NCBI GenBank assembly: GCA_964545975.1
Contig: CAZJHY010000001.1
Span: 24,094 to 88,093 of the forward strand
From: an uncultured Clostridia bacterium
GTDB taxonomy: Bacteria; Bacillota; DTU025; MWDF01
DNA length: 64,000 nt
Reading direction: 5' to 3'
The notes under the pieces are model-generated. The model had not been told where the DNA came from. It worked only from the letters and a program-made list of their open reading frames with translations, and did not search any database. The position numbers were made by a program, and so were the translations under genes. Each line of letters opens with the position of its first letter. The first letter of the stretch is position 1. This document shows positions 47,026 through 55,496 of the stretch, one piece after another.

Positions 47026-47808
47026 ATGGAACTACTAAGGACTGAGGGCATAGTCAGGAAGTTCGGCGGCCTTGTGGCTGTCAGCGAACTTTGCGTGAAC
47101 GTCAACGAGGGCGAGATAGTGGCACTTATCGGTCCCAACGGTTCAGGAAAGACCACAGCCCTGAACCTCATCACGGGCATCTACTCATGCGATGAGGGAA
47201 AGATACTGCTGAAGGGCCAGGAGATCCAGAGCGCGGCCCCCTTCTCGATAACGCAGAAGGGAATAGCCAGGACCTTCCAGAACATAAGGATACTCGAGTC
47301 CCTCTCCGTTTTCGACAACGCGAGGCTTGGAACCATATTCTCCACGAAGTCCAACCTGCTGGACATCGCCCTTGAGACGCCAAGGTTCAGAAGGGAGAAG
47401 AAGGCGGTGACAGAGGAGGTCAACAAGGTCCTGGATTTCGTGGGACTTCTGGACCAGGCGAATGAGATTGCCGCCAACTTGCCTTACGGCAAGAAGAGGG
47501 CGCTTGAGATCGCAAGGGCGCTTGTAACGAAGCCCAACCTGCTTCTTCTGGACGAGCCCGCGGCTGGTCTGAATACGCAGGAAGTCTACAACCTAATGGA
47601 GCTCATTAAGAAGATAAGAGGCCTTGGCATCACCATATTCCTGGTAGAGCATAGGATGGAGCTAGTCGGCGGCCTCGCTGACAGGGTCTACGTGCTCAAC
47701 TACGGCAAAAAGATCTGCGAGGGCCCGTTCTGCGACATCAAAGAGGACACCTCCGTCATCGAGGCGTATCTCGGCAAGAGGAGGCAGGTCGATGCTAAAG
47801 GTAGATAA
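47026..47808 (+). CDS. ABC ATP-binding protein (LivG family)
   Basis: Walker A 'GPNGSGKTT', 'LPYGKKRALEIARAL'. Confidence 0.85.
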   Translation: MELLRTEGIVRKFGGLVAVSELCVNVNEGEIVALIGPNGSGKTTALNLITGIYSCDEGKILLKGQEIQSAAPFSITQKGIARTFQNIRILESLSVFDNARLGTIFSTKSNLLDIALETPRFRREKKAVTEEVNKVLDFVGLLDQANEIAANLPYGKKRALEIARALVTKPNLLLLDEPAAGLNTQEVYNLMELIKKIRGLGITIFLVEHRMELVGGLADRVYVLNYGKKICEGPFCDIKEDTSVIEAYLGKRRQVDAKGR

Positions 47809-48517
47809 GGTCGTAGTCGCCTACGGCGTAGCCCCGGTAATCCATGAAGTCTCGCTTACCGTCCCCGACGGCAAGATCGTAACGCTCCTCGGTGCCAACG
47901 GCGCCGGCAAGTCTACGATACTGAAGACCATATCCGGCCTCTTGAAGCCCATAAGCGGAGAGGTAACATTCGACGGAGCGGTAATATCAAAGGAGCCGCC
48001 CGAAGCGATAGTAAAAAGAGGTATAGCTCACGTTCCGGAGGGAAGGCTCGTGTTCCCCGGGCTCACTGTGCTTGAGAACCTGAAGATGGGATCCTACGTG
48101 ATAAGGCACAAGCGGAAGAACCTCAAAGAGAACTTAGAAAAGGTGTATGAGCTGTTCCCCAGGCTACTTGAGAGGAAGAACCAGACCGCCGGTACGCTAT
48201 CAGGCGGAGAGCAGCAGATGCTCGCCATCGGCAGGGGCCTCATGAGCGAGCCTAAGCTTCTTATGCTTGACGAGCCGTCGCTGGGGCTTGCTCCCGTAAT
48301 CATCGACAGCATCATCGACAAGATAATCGAGATCAACAAGCAGGGGATGACCATCCTCCTGATAGAGCAGAACGCGCATCTGGCCCTTGAAGTCTGCGAC
48401 TATGGTTACTTGCTTTCTGTCGGCAACATAATGATGCACGGCGAGAAGCAGAAGCTGGTGAGCGAAGAGGGCATGATTAATGCCTATCTGGGCGGAGGCA
48501 AGCAGGAGGCCGTCTGA
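47792..48517 (+). CDS. ABC ATP-binding protein (LivF family)
   Basis: 'GANGAGKST', 'LSGGEQQMLAIGRGL'. Confidence 0.85.
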   Translation: MLKVDKVVVAYGVAPVIHEVSLTVPDGKIVTLLGANGAGKSTILKTISGLLKPISGEVTFDGAVISKEPPEAIVKRGIAHVPEGRLVFPGLTVLENLKMGSYVIRHKRKNLKENLEKVYELFPRLLERKNQTAGTLSGGEQQMLAIGRGLMSEPKLLMLDEPSLGLAPVIIDSIIDKIIEINKQGMTILLIEQNAHLALEVCDYGYLLSVGNIMMHGEKQKLVSEEGMINAYLGGGKQEAV

Positions 48518-49704
48518 TGAAGATCCTTATATGCAATGTGGGTAGCACTTCATTGAAGTACCGCCTGTTCGAGGACACTGCATGGGAATGCATATCAAAG
48601 GGCAAGGTGGAGAGGATCGGCAGCGATAGCTCCACCTTCCAGTTTTCATTGCTCAATGGGGCAGTCCAAAGCGGCACAGTCGCGATAACGGACTATGAGT
48701 CCGCGATATCCCTGATGCTAGAGCACCTGGTGGGGGCTGCAGCTCCGCTAAAAAGCCTGGAAGAGCTGTCTGCCGTAGGCTTCAAGGTAGTGCACGCTAA
48801 GGGCATAACTGGCGTGCAGCTGCTGGATGAGCGGGTCATAAAGGCCATGGAGGACTACAACTCCATAGCGCCTGCGCATAATCCCCCCTATATAAAGGCC
48901 ATTAAGATATTCTCCAAACTTCTTCCCGGAGTGCCGATGGTGGGAAGCTTCGAGACCGGCTTTCATTCCAGGATGCCGAGATGCGCATATCTCTACGGCA
49001 TACCCTATGAGTGGTATGAGAAGTACGGTATAAGAAGGTACGGATTTCACGGGGCATCGCACCAGTACGTATCGGAGAGGATCACGGCGCTTCTCGGTCA
49101 CAGGCCAAAGAGGCTTATTACATGCCACCTTGGCGGAAGCTCATCGCTTTGCGCCATCAAGGACGGCGTATCTATAGATACTAGCCTTGGCTTCTCTCTT
49201 CAAAGCGGCGTCGAGCACCAATACAGGTGCGGGGACATCGATTCATTTATCATGCCGTTTCTTATGAAAAGCGCAGGTATGAGCGAGGAAGATATCGAGA
49301 TTGGCATGACGAAGAAGGGCGGCTTAGCCGGAATCTCCGGGCTGTCGGGAGACATAAGGGACCTTGAGGAGGCTTCGGGGGCCGGCAACGACCGCGCCCT
49401 TGCGGCGCTCGAAGTGTTCGCCTATGAGGTGAAGAAATACATAGGGGCATATGCCGCGGCTTTAGGAGGCGCCGATGCCATCTGCTTTGCAGGCGGAATC
49501 GGTGAAAACGGTTCAAAGATGCGCGCAAGGATTCTGAAAGGTATGGAATACCTGGGTATCGAGATAGACGAAACAAAAAATTACGAGCTCAAGGGCGAAG
49601 GGGAGATTTCTGCGCCTGAATCCAAAGTGAAGGTCTTCATAATCCCGACCGATGAAGAGCAGATAGTAGCTAAGCTAACAATAAACCTTGTAAAAGGGGC
49701 ATAG
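48517..49704 (+). CDS. Acetate/propionate/butyrate-kinase family (ASKHA) carboxylate kinase
   Basis: 'MKILICNVGSTSLKYRLF', 'YGFHGASHQY'. TGATG overlap with the upstream gene. Confidence 0.75.
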   Translation: MKILICNVGSTSLKYRLFEDTAWECISKGKVERIGSDSSTFQFSLLNGAVQSGTVAITDYESAISLMLEHLVGAAAPLKSLEELSAVGFKVVHAKGITGVQLLDERVIKAMEDYNSIAPAHNPPYIKAIKIFSKLLPGVPMVGSFETGFHSRMPRCAYLYGIPYEWYEKYGIRRYGFHGASHQYVSERITALLGHRPKRLITCHLGGSSSLCAIKDGVSIDTSLGFSLQSGVEHQYRCGDIDSFIMPFLMKSAGMSEEDIEIGMTKKGGLAGISGLSGDIRDLEEASGAGNDRALAALEVFAYEVKKYIGAYAAALGGADAICFAGGIGENGSKMRARILKGMEYLGIEIDETKNYELKGEGEISAPESKVKVFIIPTDEEQIVAKLTINLVKGA

Positions 49705-49732
49705 TTGCCGGTTGTCCGGTAGAGGAGCAAAA

Positions 49733-50020
49733 ATGGACAAGCGTACATTGATGATTAATGAGGAAGACAACGTTGCGACTGCTATGCAAAAGATCATGCC
49801 AGGAGACAAGCTGGACGGTTACGTCGCCCTTCAGGTGATACCGTTCGGGCACAAGGTTTCGGTAGTCCCGATTATGAAGGGAGAGCACATTATCAAATAT
49901 GGCGAAGTGATAGGGGTCGCCAGCGTCGATATAAGAGCTGGTGAACACGTGCATATTCACAACATGGATGGGATCAGGGGAAGAGGGGATGTTTACTCAG
50001 AACCGGGTCATAAGGAGTAG
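49733..50020 (+). CDS. UxaA-family dehydratase small subunit (SAF domain)
   Basis: 'NVATAMQKIMPGDKL', 'GHKVSVVPIMKGEHIIKYGEVIG'. ATG 49733 with GGAGG RBS. Confidence 0.7.
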   Translation: MDKRTLMINEEDNVATAMQKIMPGDKLDGYVALQVIPFGHKVSVVPIMKGEHIIKYGEVIGVASVDIRAGEHVHIHNMDGIRGRGDVYSEPGHKE

Positions 50021-50023
50021 ACA

Positions 50024-51196
50024 ATGAATCAAAATACAAACCAGTTCATGGGGTACCTCAGGGAGAACGGCACAGTCGGCGTTAGGAACTACGTTTTAAT
50101 CCTACCTACCGTAGTTTGCGCCAATGCCACTGCAAGATCGATTGCTTCCATGGTGCCGGGCAGCACCGTTGTAACTCACCAGCACGGTTGTGCCCAGCTA
50201 GGAGCGGATTTTGCGCAGACACAAAGGACGCTTATTGGCTTAGGAAAGAACCCTAATGTCAGATCTGTACTTGTTGTGGGGCTCGGCTGCGAGAACATGG
50301 AAGGTGAGGTTGTCGCGGTTTCAATTGCAACAACTGGCAAGAAAGTAGAGCTCATCACCATACAGAAGCTTGGCGGCACATTGAAGGCAACCGAGCTGGG
50401 AGTTCGCATCGCATCTGAGATGATGCGATCAAAGTCAACCGACTTAAGGGTCCCAGTAGGAATAGAGAAGCTTACGCTCGCACTCGAGTGCGGGGCCTCT
50501 GATTCGACTTCGGGAATAACAGCTAACCCCGCAACCGGGATTGCTGTGGATATGCTTGTCGAAAAGGGAGGCTCAGCCATACTCTCAGAGACTCCGGAAA
50601 TGATAGGAGCGGAACACATTCTGGCCAAGAGATGCTTCTCGATAGTAGTTAAAGACGCCTTGTACGGTATTATCGGAGATGCTGAGAGGGGCATAAGTGG
50701 CATGGGCGTAGACGTTAGAGGCTCGAATCCGACACCTGGGAATATTGCAGGTGGCTTAAGCAGCATAGAGGAGAAGTCCCTTGGTTGCATCTACAAGGCT
50801 GGGTCTGGCAAGATAATGCAGGTAGTCAGATATGCCGAGACACCCACCGAGAAGGGTCTTGTTATAATGGACACACCAGGTCATGATGTAGAATCGATGA
50901 CAGGGATGGCTGCAGGTGGTGCTCAGGTTTGCGTTTTCACGACCGGCCTTGGCGCAGTAACAGGATTTCCTATAATGCCTGTCATCAAGGTATGCGGCAA
51001 TCCTAGGACAAGCGCCTTCATAAGCGATAACATTGATATCGACGCGGGCCAAGTGCTAGATGGCAAGGCTAGCCTCCAGCAGGTGGCGGAGCAGATTTTA
51101 TGCGAGGTCATGGAAGTCTCGTCGGGCAAAGCCACCAAGGCTGAGAGCCTCGGATATGCAGACATCGCGATTAACAGAATCGGCCCTACTACATGA
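50024..51196 (+). CDS. UxaA-family (altronate/galactarate dehydratase-like) large subunit
   Basis: 'GTVGVRNYVLILPTVVCAN', 'VVTHQHGCAQLG', 'LVVGLGCEN'. Confidence 0.75.
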   Translation: MNQNTNQFMGYLRENGTVGVRNYVLILPTVVCANATARSIASMVPGSTVVTHQHGCAQLGADFAQTQRTLIGLGKNPNVRSVLVVGLGCENMEGEVVAVSIATTGKKVELITIQKLGGTLKATELGVRIASEMMRSKSTDLRVPVGIEKLTLALECGASDSTSGITANPATGIAVDMLVEKGGSAILSETPEMIGAEHILAKRCFSIVVKDALYGIIGDAERGISGMGVDVRGSNPTPGNIAGGLSSIEEKSLGCIYKAGSGKIMQVVRYAETPTEKGLVIMDTPGHDVESMTGMAAGGAQVCVFTTGLGAVTGFPIMPVIKVCGNPRTSAFISDNIDIDAGQVLDGKASLQQVAEQILCEVMEVSSGKATKAESLGYADIAINRIGPTT

Positions 51197-52215
51197 TTGT
51201 AGATAAGGAAATGAGGGATTCTTCGGAAAGGTACAGAATGCAGAAGTTCAAGAAATGGGTCGAAGAGAACGGCTTGAGGTTCGCTTTCTTCAGAAGCTGC
51301 GATATCGACATGGCGGTGTCTAGGGTACGCAACCTTGCTCCTGCCATAGACCAGGTGATCTTCAATAGGTATTTCGAAAGCTTCAAGACGTCTGGCGAGC
51401 TTGGGCTTTCAGCGGAAGAGCTGGCTCTCATTATCTACATCCCCAAGGAAGTCCGCACTGTTCAGTTCGAACTCTGCGATAAACGATATGAGGCGAGCAT
51501 CCCACCGCCCATATACTGCGATGAACCTTCCGATATCGATGAGTTCGACAAGGCGGTGAACGATAGGCTCGACGGTAAAGCAAGACCAGTAAGATTGCCC
51601 ATGAAATCATTGAGCGTGCTGCTTGGCATCTCACGCTATGGCAGGAACAACATCACCTATATCGATGGATTAGGAAGCCTTTTCATCATGCGATCTTATG
51701 CGGTGAAGGGGCTTGATGAGAACGATATCGAAATCAGCAAGCCGCTGGGTGGGTTCATCGATGAGGACTTGCAATGCCCGGAGTGCGATGGCTGTTTCGC
51801 ATGTATTGCCTCATGCCCTACAGGCGCTATCTCAAACGATCGTTTCCTATTGCATGCTGAGAGGTGTATGACCTACCATAACAAGAATGACAAGGAATTT
51901 CCAGCATGGATTGACGGAAGCTCTCACAATTGCATCTTCGGATGCCTTCAATGCCAAGTCTGCTGCCCGATGGATTTTGGCAAGCTAATCAAGAAGCCAT
52001 CGGGAGTAGTTTTCGATGAAGATGAGACCAGGTACCTTGTAGGAATCCACGAGACTTCTGAAGTCAAGGCCATCGAGGCAGGAATTGAAAGTAAGCTCGC
52101 AAAACTGGGCATAGCATATCTGAGAGAGTTGATGCCAAGAAACCTAAGAGCCCTCTTCGCAAGCGGGAATCTTATAAACACGGAGCCAAAGTTGGAGGAA
52201 ACTGATGCCAAGTAA
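51193..52215 (+). CDS. 4Fe-4S cluster-binding protein (QueG-like / double-cluster ferredoxin domain), function unknown
   Basis: 'CPECDGCFACIASCP' (CxxCxxCxxxCP) and 'CIFGCLQCQVCCP'. ATGA overlap with the upstream gene. Confidence 0.5.
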   Translation: MIVDKEMRDSSERYRMQKFKKWVEENGLRFAFFRSCDIDMAVSRVRNLAPAIDQVIFNRYFESFKTSGELGLSAEELALIIYIPKEVRTVQFELCDKRYEASIPPPIYCDEPSDIDEFDKAVNDRLDGKARPVRLPMKSLSVLLGISRYGRNNITYIDGLGSLFIMRSYAVKGLDENDIEISKPLGGFIDEDLQCPECDGCFACIASCPTGAISNDRFLLHAERCMTYHNKNDKEFPAWIDGSSHNCIFGCLQCQVCCPMDFGKLIKKPSGVVFDEDETRYLVGIHETSEVKAIEAGIESKLAKLGIAYLRELMPRNLRALFASGNLINTEPKLEETDAK

Positions 52216-53095
52216 AAGAAGTCAACAACTTCTAGGCTACCTTTTCATAATGTTCACTGGGGTGATGTTCGGCTCGTTGGAAGTCGCTTCCAAGCTTGTG
52301 CCCCATATAAACCCATTCCAGATGAACTTCGTTCGTTTTTTGATCGGAGGGCTAGTCATCATACCGTTCGCATTGTACGAAGTTAGATCCAGGAAGCTCA
52401 AAGTAAGCTTCGGAGATATCGTCTATTCAGGGTTCCTGGGGTTGATCTTGGTCGGTTTCTCCATGACGCTCATGCAGGTAGGAATATCGAAAGTGCCTGC
52501 ACCTCAGGTAGCTTTTATATTCGCCTCTAACCCGATAATCATCGCTGTGCTCGCGGCCTTCATATTAAAGGAGAAGCCGGGGTTGTTCACCTTCATATTC
52601 ATAGCACTGGGCATGACAGGCATAGTGTTCATTGTCGACCCCTTCCAGAAATCATTCAACCTGGACGTGTTATACCCTATAGCGGCTGTGACCCTTATGG
52701 GGACCTATATAGTGCTTGCTAGGAAGCTGTCCATGAGGCTTGGAAGCCTATATGTAACTGGTACGGCGATAATCCTGGGAACAATAGGATTAGGCATATT
52801 CAACCTGATTATCGGAAAGGGGTTATTCTCTGACATAAGGCCTGCGGATGTTCCTATCGTTTTCTTCATGGGGGCGTTCATCTCAGGGCTTGCGTACGTT
52901 ACCTATTTCAAGGGTATGGAGTTCATTAACACGAGCACGGGCAGCATTACATTCTTTTTAAAGGCCATAACTGCGACTGTACTATCCATATTGGTACTGA
53001 AGGATACCCCTGCGTTGTCCACGTACATAGGTGCAGCTTTCATCTTGGCCGGTACCGTGGTCCTAATAATCTCAAACAACCGTGCAGTTCGGTAA
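52205..53095 (+). CDS. DMT-superfamily (EamA) transporter
   Basis: 10-TM profile. Confidence 0.75.
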   Translation: MPSKRSQQLLGYLFIMFTGVMFGSLEVASKLVPHINPFQMNFVRFLIGGLVIIPFALYEVRSRKLKVSFGDIVYSGFLGLILVGFSMTLMQVGISKVPAPQVAFIFASNPIIIAVLAAFILKEKPGLFTFIFIALGMTGIVFIVDPFQKSFNLDVLYPIAAVTLMGTYIVLARKLSMRLGSLYVTGTAIILGTIGLGIFNLIIGKGLFSDIRPADVPIVFFMGAFISGLAYVTYFKGMEFINTSTGSITFFLKAITATVLSILVLKDTPALSTYIGAAFILAGTVVLIISNNRAVR

Positions 53096-53145
53096 AGAAG
53101 TAGCGTAAAGACGTCACTACAATACTAAGAATGGAGGTAATCTGA

Positions 53146-53331
53146 ATGCCAATCATCGAGGTTAAGGTGCTTGAAGGTAAGTCCATCGAGCAGAAGCGCA
53201 AGGTGGCGGAAGGAATTACTCAGGTGTGCATAAACGAGTTCGGTGTAGCTCCAGATGCGGTAAGGGTAATCTTCACGATTATGAGGAAGGAAGACTTTGC
53301 GGTCGCTGGAAAGCTTAGAAGCGACAGCTAG
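53146..53331 (+). CDS. 4-oxalocrotonate-tautomerase family protein (Pro1 tautomerase)
   Basis: 'MPIIEVKVLEGKSIEQKRKVAEGIT...VRVIF'; GGAGG RBS. Confidence 0.8.
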   Translation: MPIIEVKVLEGKSIEQKRKVAEGITQVCINEFGVAPDAVRVIFTIMRKEDFAVAGKLRSDS

Positions 53332-53608
53332 TAGCATCAAATAGCTGGGAGCAAGAGAAGGTGCGACCCCAAAGCCCTCTTTTTCATACTATATGCTTCA
53401 CATCTTGAGAGGCAGTCGGAGAGAGGGTTGCTTATGGTGGTTCTTGGACCTTAGAACGTACGAGGGAGAATTCTCCATAATGGTGACCTGCCCCCGAAGC
53501 TAGTGGCATCCAAGGGGGAAGGTCACTTCGCTTATGCAGACGCTGCCTCCTTTGCATATTCTGAGTGCGCCTCTATGTCCACTTAGGGGGGATCATATCA
53601 ACCCGCCC

Positions 53609-54487
53609 CTACCTTTCCTGTTTTACTTGTTCATAACGCACTTCCACCTGATAATAGGACCTTATGTGCCGAAAGCCGCAGGCGATTGCGGTCCTGAAAG
53701 AAGGGGTGTTATCGGAGTAGCAGTTCCAGCCAACTTTCTGCATGCCATGGTCGCTGCACTCCACGAGGAACCTGTCTGTAAGGGCTTTGGCTATGCCGCG
53801 CCCTCTGTGATCTTCCAGGACTTCTATCCCTATCTCGCATCCGACCGAACACATATACTCGCTCAGGCACCATCCGGCCAGAGCGTTTCCGTGAATCGCA
53901 GCAACTCCCAGGAAACCGTCGGATTTCTTTGTCATGCTGTCGAAGCGGTAAGCGCATTCAGATCTGAGAAGGTCAATATCCGATATCGTGTCGTCTCTCA
54001 ATAGGTCATTTTCGACATCTGCGAAGCGGTAGCCCTCGATTAGAGGGTGAGGCATCGATTCGAAAGGCAGGGAAGCCTCAAGATACTCCCTGCCCCGTGC
54101 AGTATGCGCAATTCCCTTCAGCATCCCCGACAGGGCGTCACCGATGGTTCGGTCGAATGCCCGCACGATCGCCCTGTCATGGGCGTGCCCCTCGAGCTTT
54201 CGCAAGGACACCTCTTTTCTGACGAACTTTCCGAGGAAATCTGCGTCCTGCTGTGTGTTTATTGATCCGGCCAGGTAGAGCTTGTTCTCAAACCTTATCG
54301 CCCCGAAACGAGGGTTCTCTTCGTCGTCCACCCAGGCATCGCAATCTTTTATCCCCTCAAGCACCGCAACAAGGCGGACTATCCGGGAGCTGTCCCCGAG
54401 CAGTTCGATTACCTGCCTTATAGTTTTCCTTCGGAAATGCATCTTCTGCCTCCGCGCCTGAAAAGGGCTTTGGCAACCACGCCCCAT
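53609..54487 (-). CDS. GNAT-family N-acetyltransferase with an N-terminal domain of unknown function
   Basis: C-terminal 'IEVLEDHRGRGIAKALTDRFL...GWNCYSDNTPSFRTAIACGF'. True start may be the internal Met at 54442. Confidence 0.55.
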   Translation of the reverse strand: MGRGCQSPFQARRQKMHFRRKTIRQVIELLGDSSRIVRLVAVLEGIKDCDAWVDDEENPRFGAIRFENKLYLAGSINTQQDADFLGKFVRKEVSLRKLEGHAHDRAIVRAFDRTIGDALSGMLKGIAHTARGREYLEASLPFESMPHPLIEGYRFADVENDLLRDDTISDIDLLRSECAYRFDSMTKKSDGFLGVAAIHGNALAGWCLSEYMCSVGCEIGIEVLEDHRGRGIAKALTDRFLVECSDHGMQKVGWNCYSDNTPSFRTAIACGFRHIRSYYQVEVRYEQVKQER

Positions 54488-54590
54488 AGGCGCTTTTTGC
54501 CATTATGAACCGGACTGGGGCTTTTTTCAACTGCCAGACAGGGCGACGGGCTGCGTTAATTGCAGCCCGTCACTGCATTTACCCTTCTTG

Positions 54591-55016
54591 CTACTTGGCA
54601 GGCATATCGGGCCTCTCAAGCTCACCATAGGCCTTAAGAAGGATGCCTATCTGACCTGAGAGCCTCTCCATGCGCCTCATCCAGGAAGCTAGCTGGACCA
54701 TGCCCTCTTCGCTAAGCATGTAGACCCGCCTTGCCGGACCTGTGCCGCTTGTGTCCCACTCGGAGTAGGTGAAACCCATCATGTCCATCCTTCTGAGGGT
54801 GCGATAGACAGCTGCCTGATCCATCTCAGTGTCTGCAACAGATAGCCTGGATGCCTCCTGGGCTATCTGGTACCCGTGCGCCTTTCCCAGCTTTGCAAGG
54901 GCTATGGCGACTACAGGCACCATGAACCTGAACATCTTGCCGAGCCCGTGTCCCTCCATGCCCCCCTCAATGCCGCGCATCCTGCCCAACCCGAAACCGC
55001 CTCTTGCTCCGTGCAT
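54591..55016 (-). CDS. PadR-family regulator with a Gly-rich N-terminal extension
   Basis: 'GYQIAQEASRLS...AVYRTLRRMDMMG...RRVYMLSEEG'. ATG 55016 has an AAAGGAG RBS, so the G-rich extension is probably translated. Confidence 0.7.
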   Translation of the reverse strand: MHGARGGFGLGRMRGIEGGMEGHGLGKMFRFMVPVVAIALAKLGKAHGYQIAQEASRLSVADTEMDQAAVYRTLRRMDMMGFTYSEWDTSGTGPARRVYMLSEEGMVQLASWMRRMERLSGQIGILLKAYGELERPDMPAK

Positions 55017-55143
55017 GATATCACTCCTTTAAGTGTCATTAACATCTATATACATTAAGCATAATGATGTGTCAATAGAGAAAGTAAAGCGATGGCGTTG
55101 ACACGGAAGCTTTGCTGTGCGATTTTCATATTGAGGTGATCGA

Positions 55144-55362
55144 ATGATTGAGATAAGGGGCAGGGTTCCCCTCGAGAAGTACTCCGGTTTCTTACCAGTC
55201 TCTTCTGACACAAAGGTAAGGCAGCTCTTCGACATCCTCGGCATCCCCGAGGATCTCAGAGGTTACATACTTGCCATAAGAAACGGCAAGATAATCCAGC
55301 ACAGCGACATTGTTGCGGACGGAAGCGCAATCGATCTGATTATTATCCCCGAGGGCGGTTGA
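55144..55362 (+). CDS. ThiS/MoaD-like ubiquitin-fold small protein ending in Gly-Gly
   Basis: 72 aa ending '...IDLIIIPEGG' with the stop codon straight after GG; GAGGTGA RBS. Confidence 0.55.
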   Translation: MIEIRGRVPLEKYSGFLPVSSDTKVRQLFDILGIPEDLRGYILAIRNGKIIQHSDIVADGSAIDLIIIPEGG

Positions 55363-55496
55363 TCCTCGAAGGCATCCGAAAAACATGTGAAATGTGCCGC
55401 TGAAAAGGCGGCACATCTCTTATACCTGAAGGAATATGTCAACAGATGAAGAAACATACTCCGACGGGCCGACAGCCCGTAAAAGGAGTGAGGCAT

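Noticed and set aside
50176-50790. 204-aa minus ORF inside the UxaA large subunit
   Set aside because: Antisense, no homology features.
53534-54004. 156-aa plus ORF overlapping the GNAT gene
   Set aside because: The opposite strand carries clear GNAT motifs, and this frame has none.
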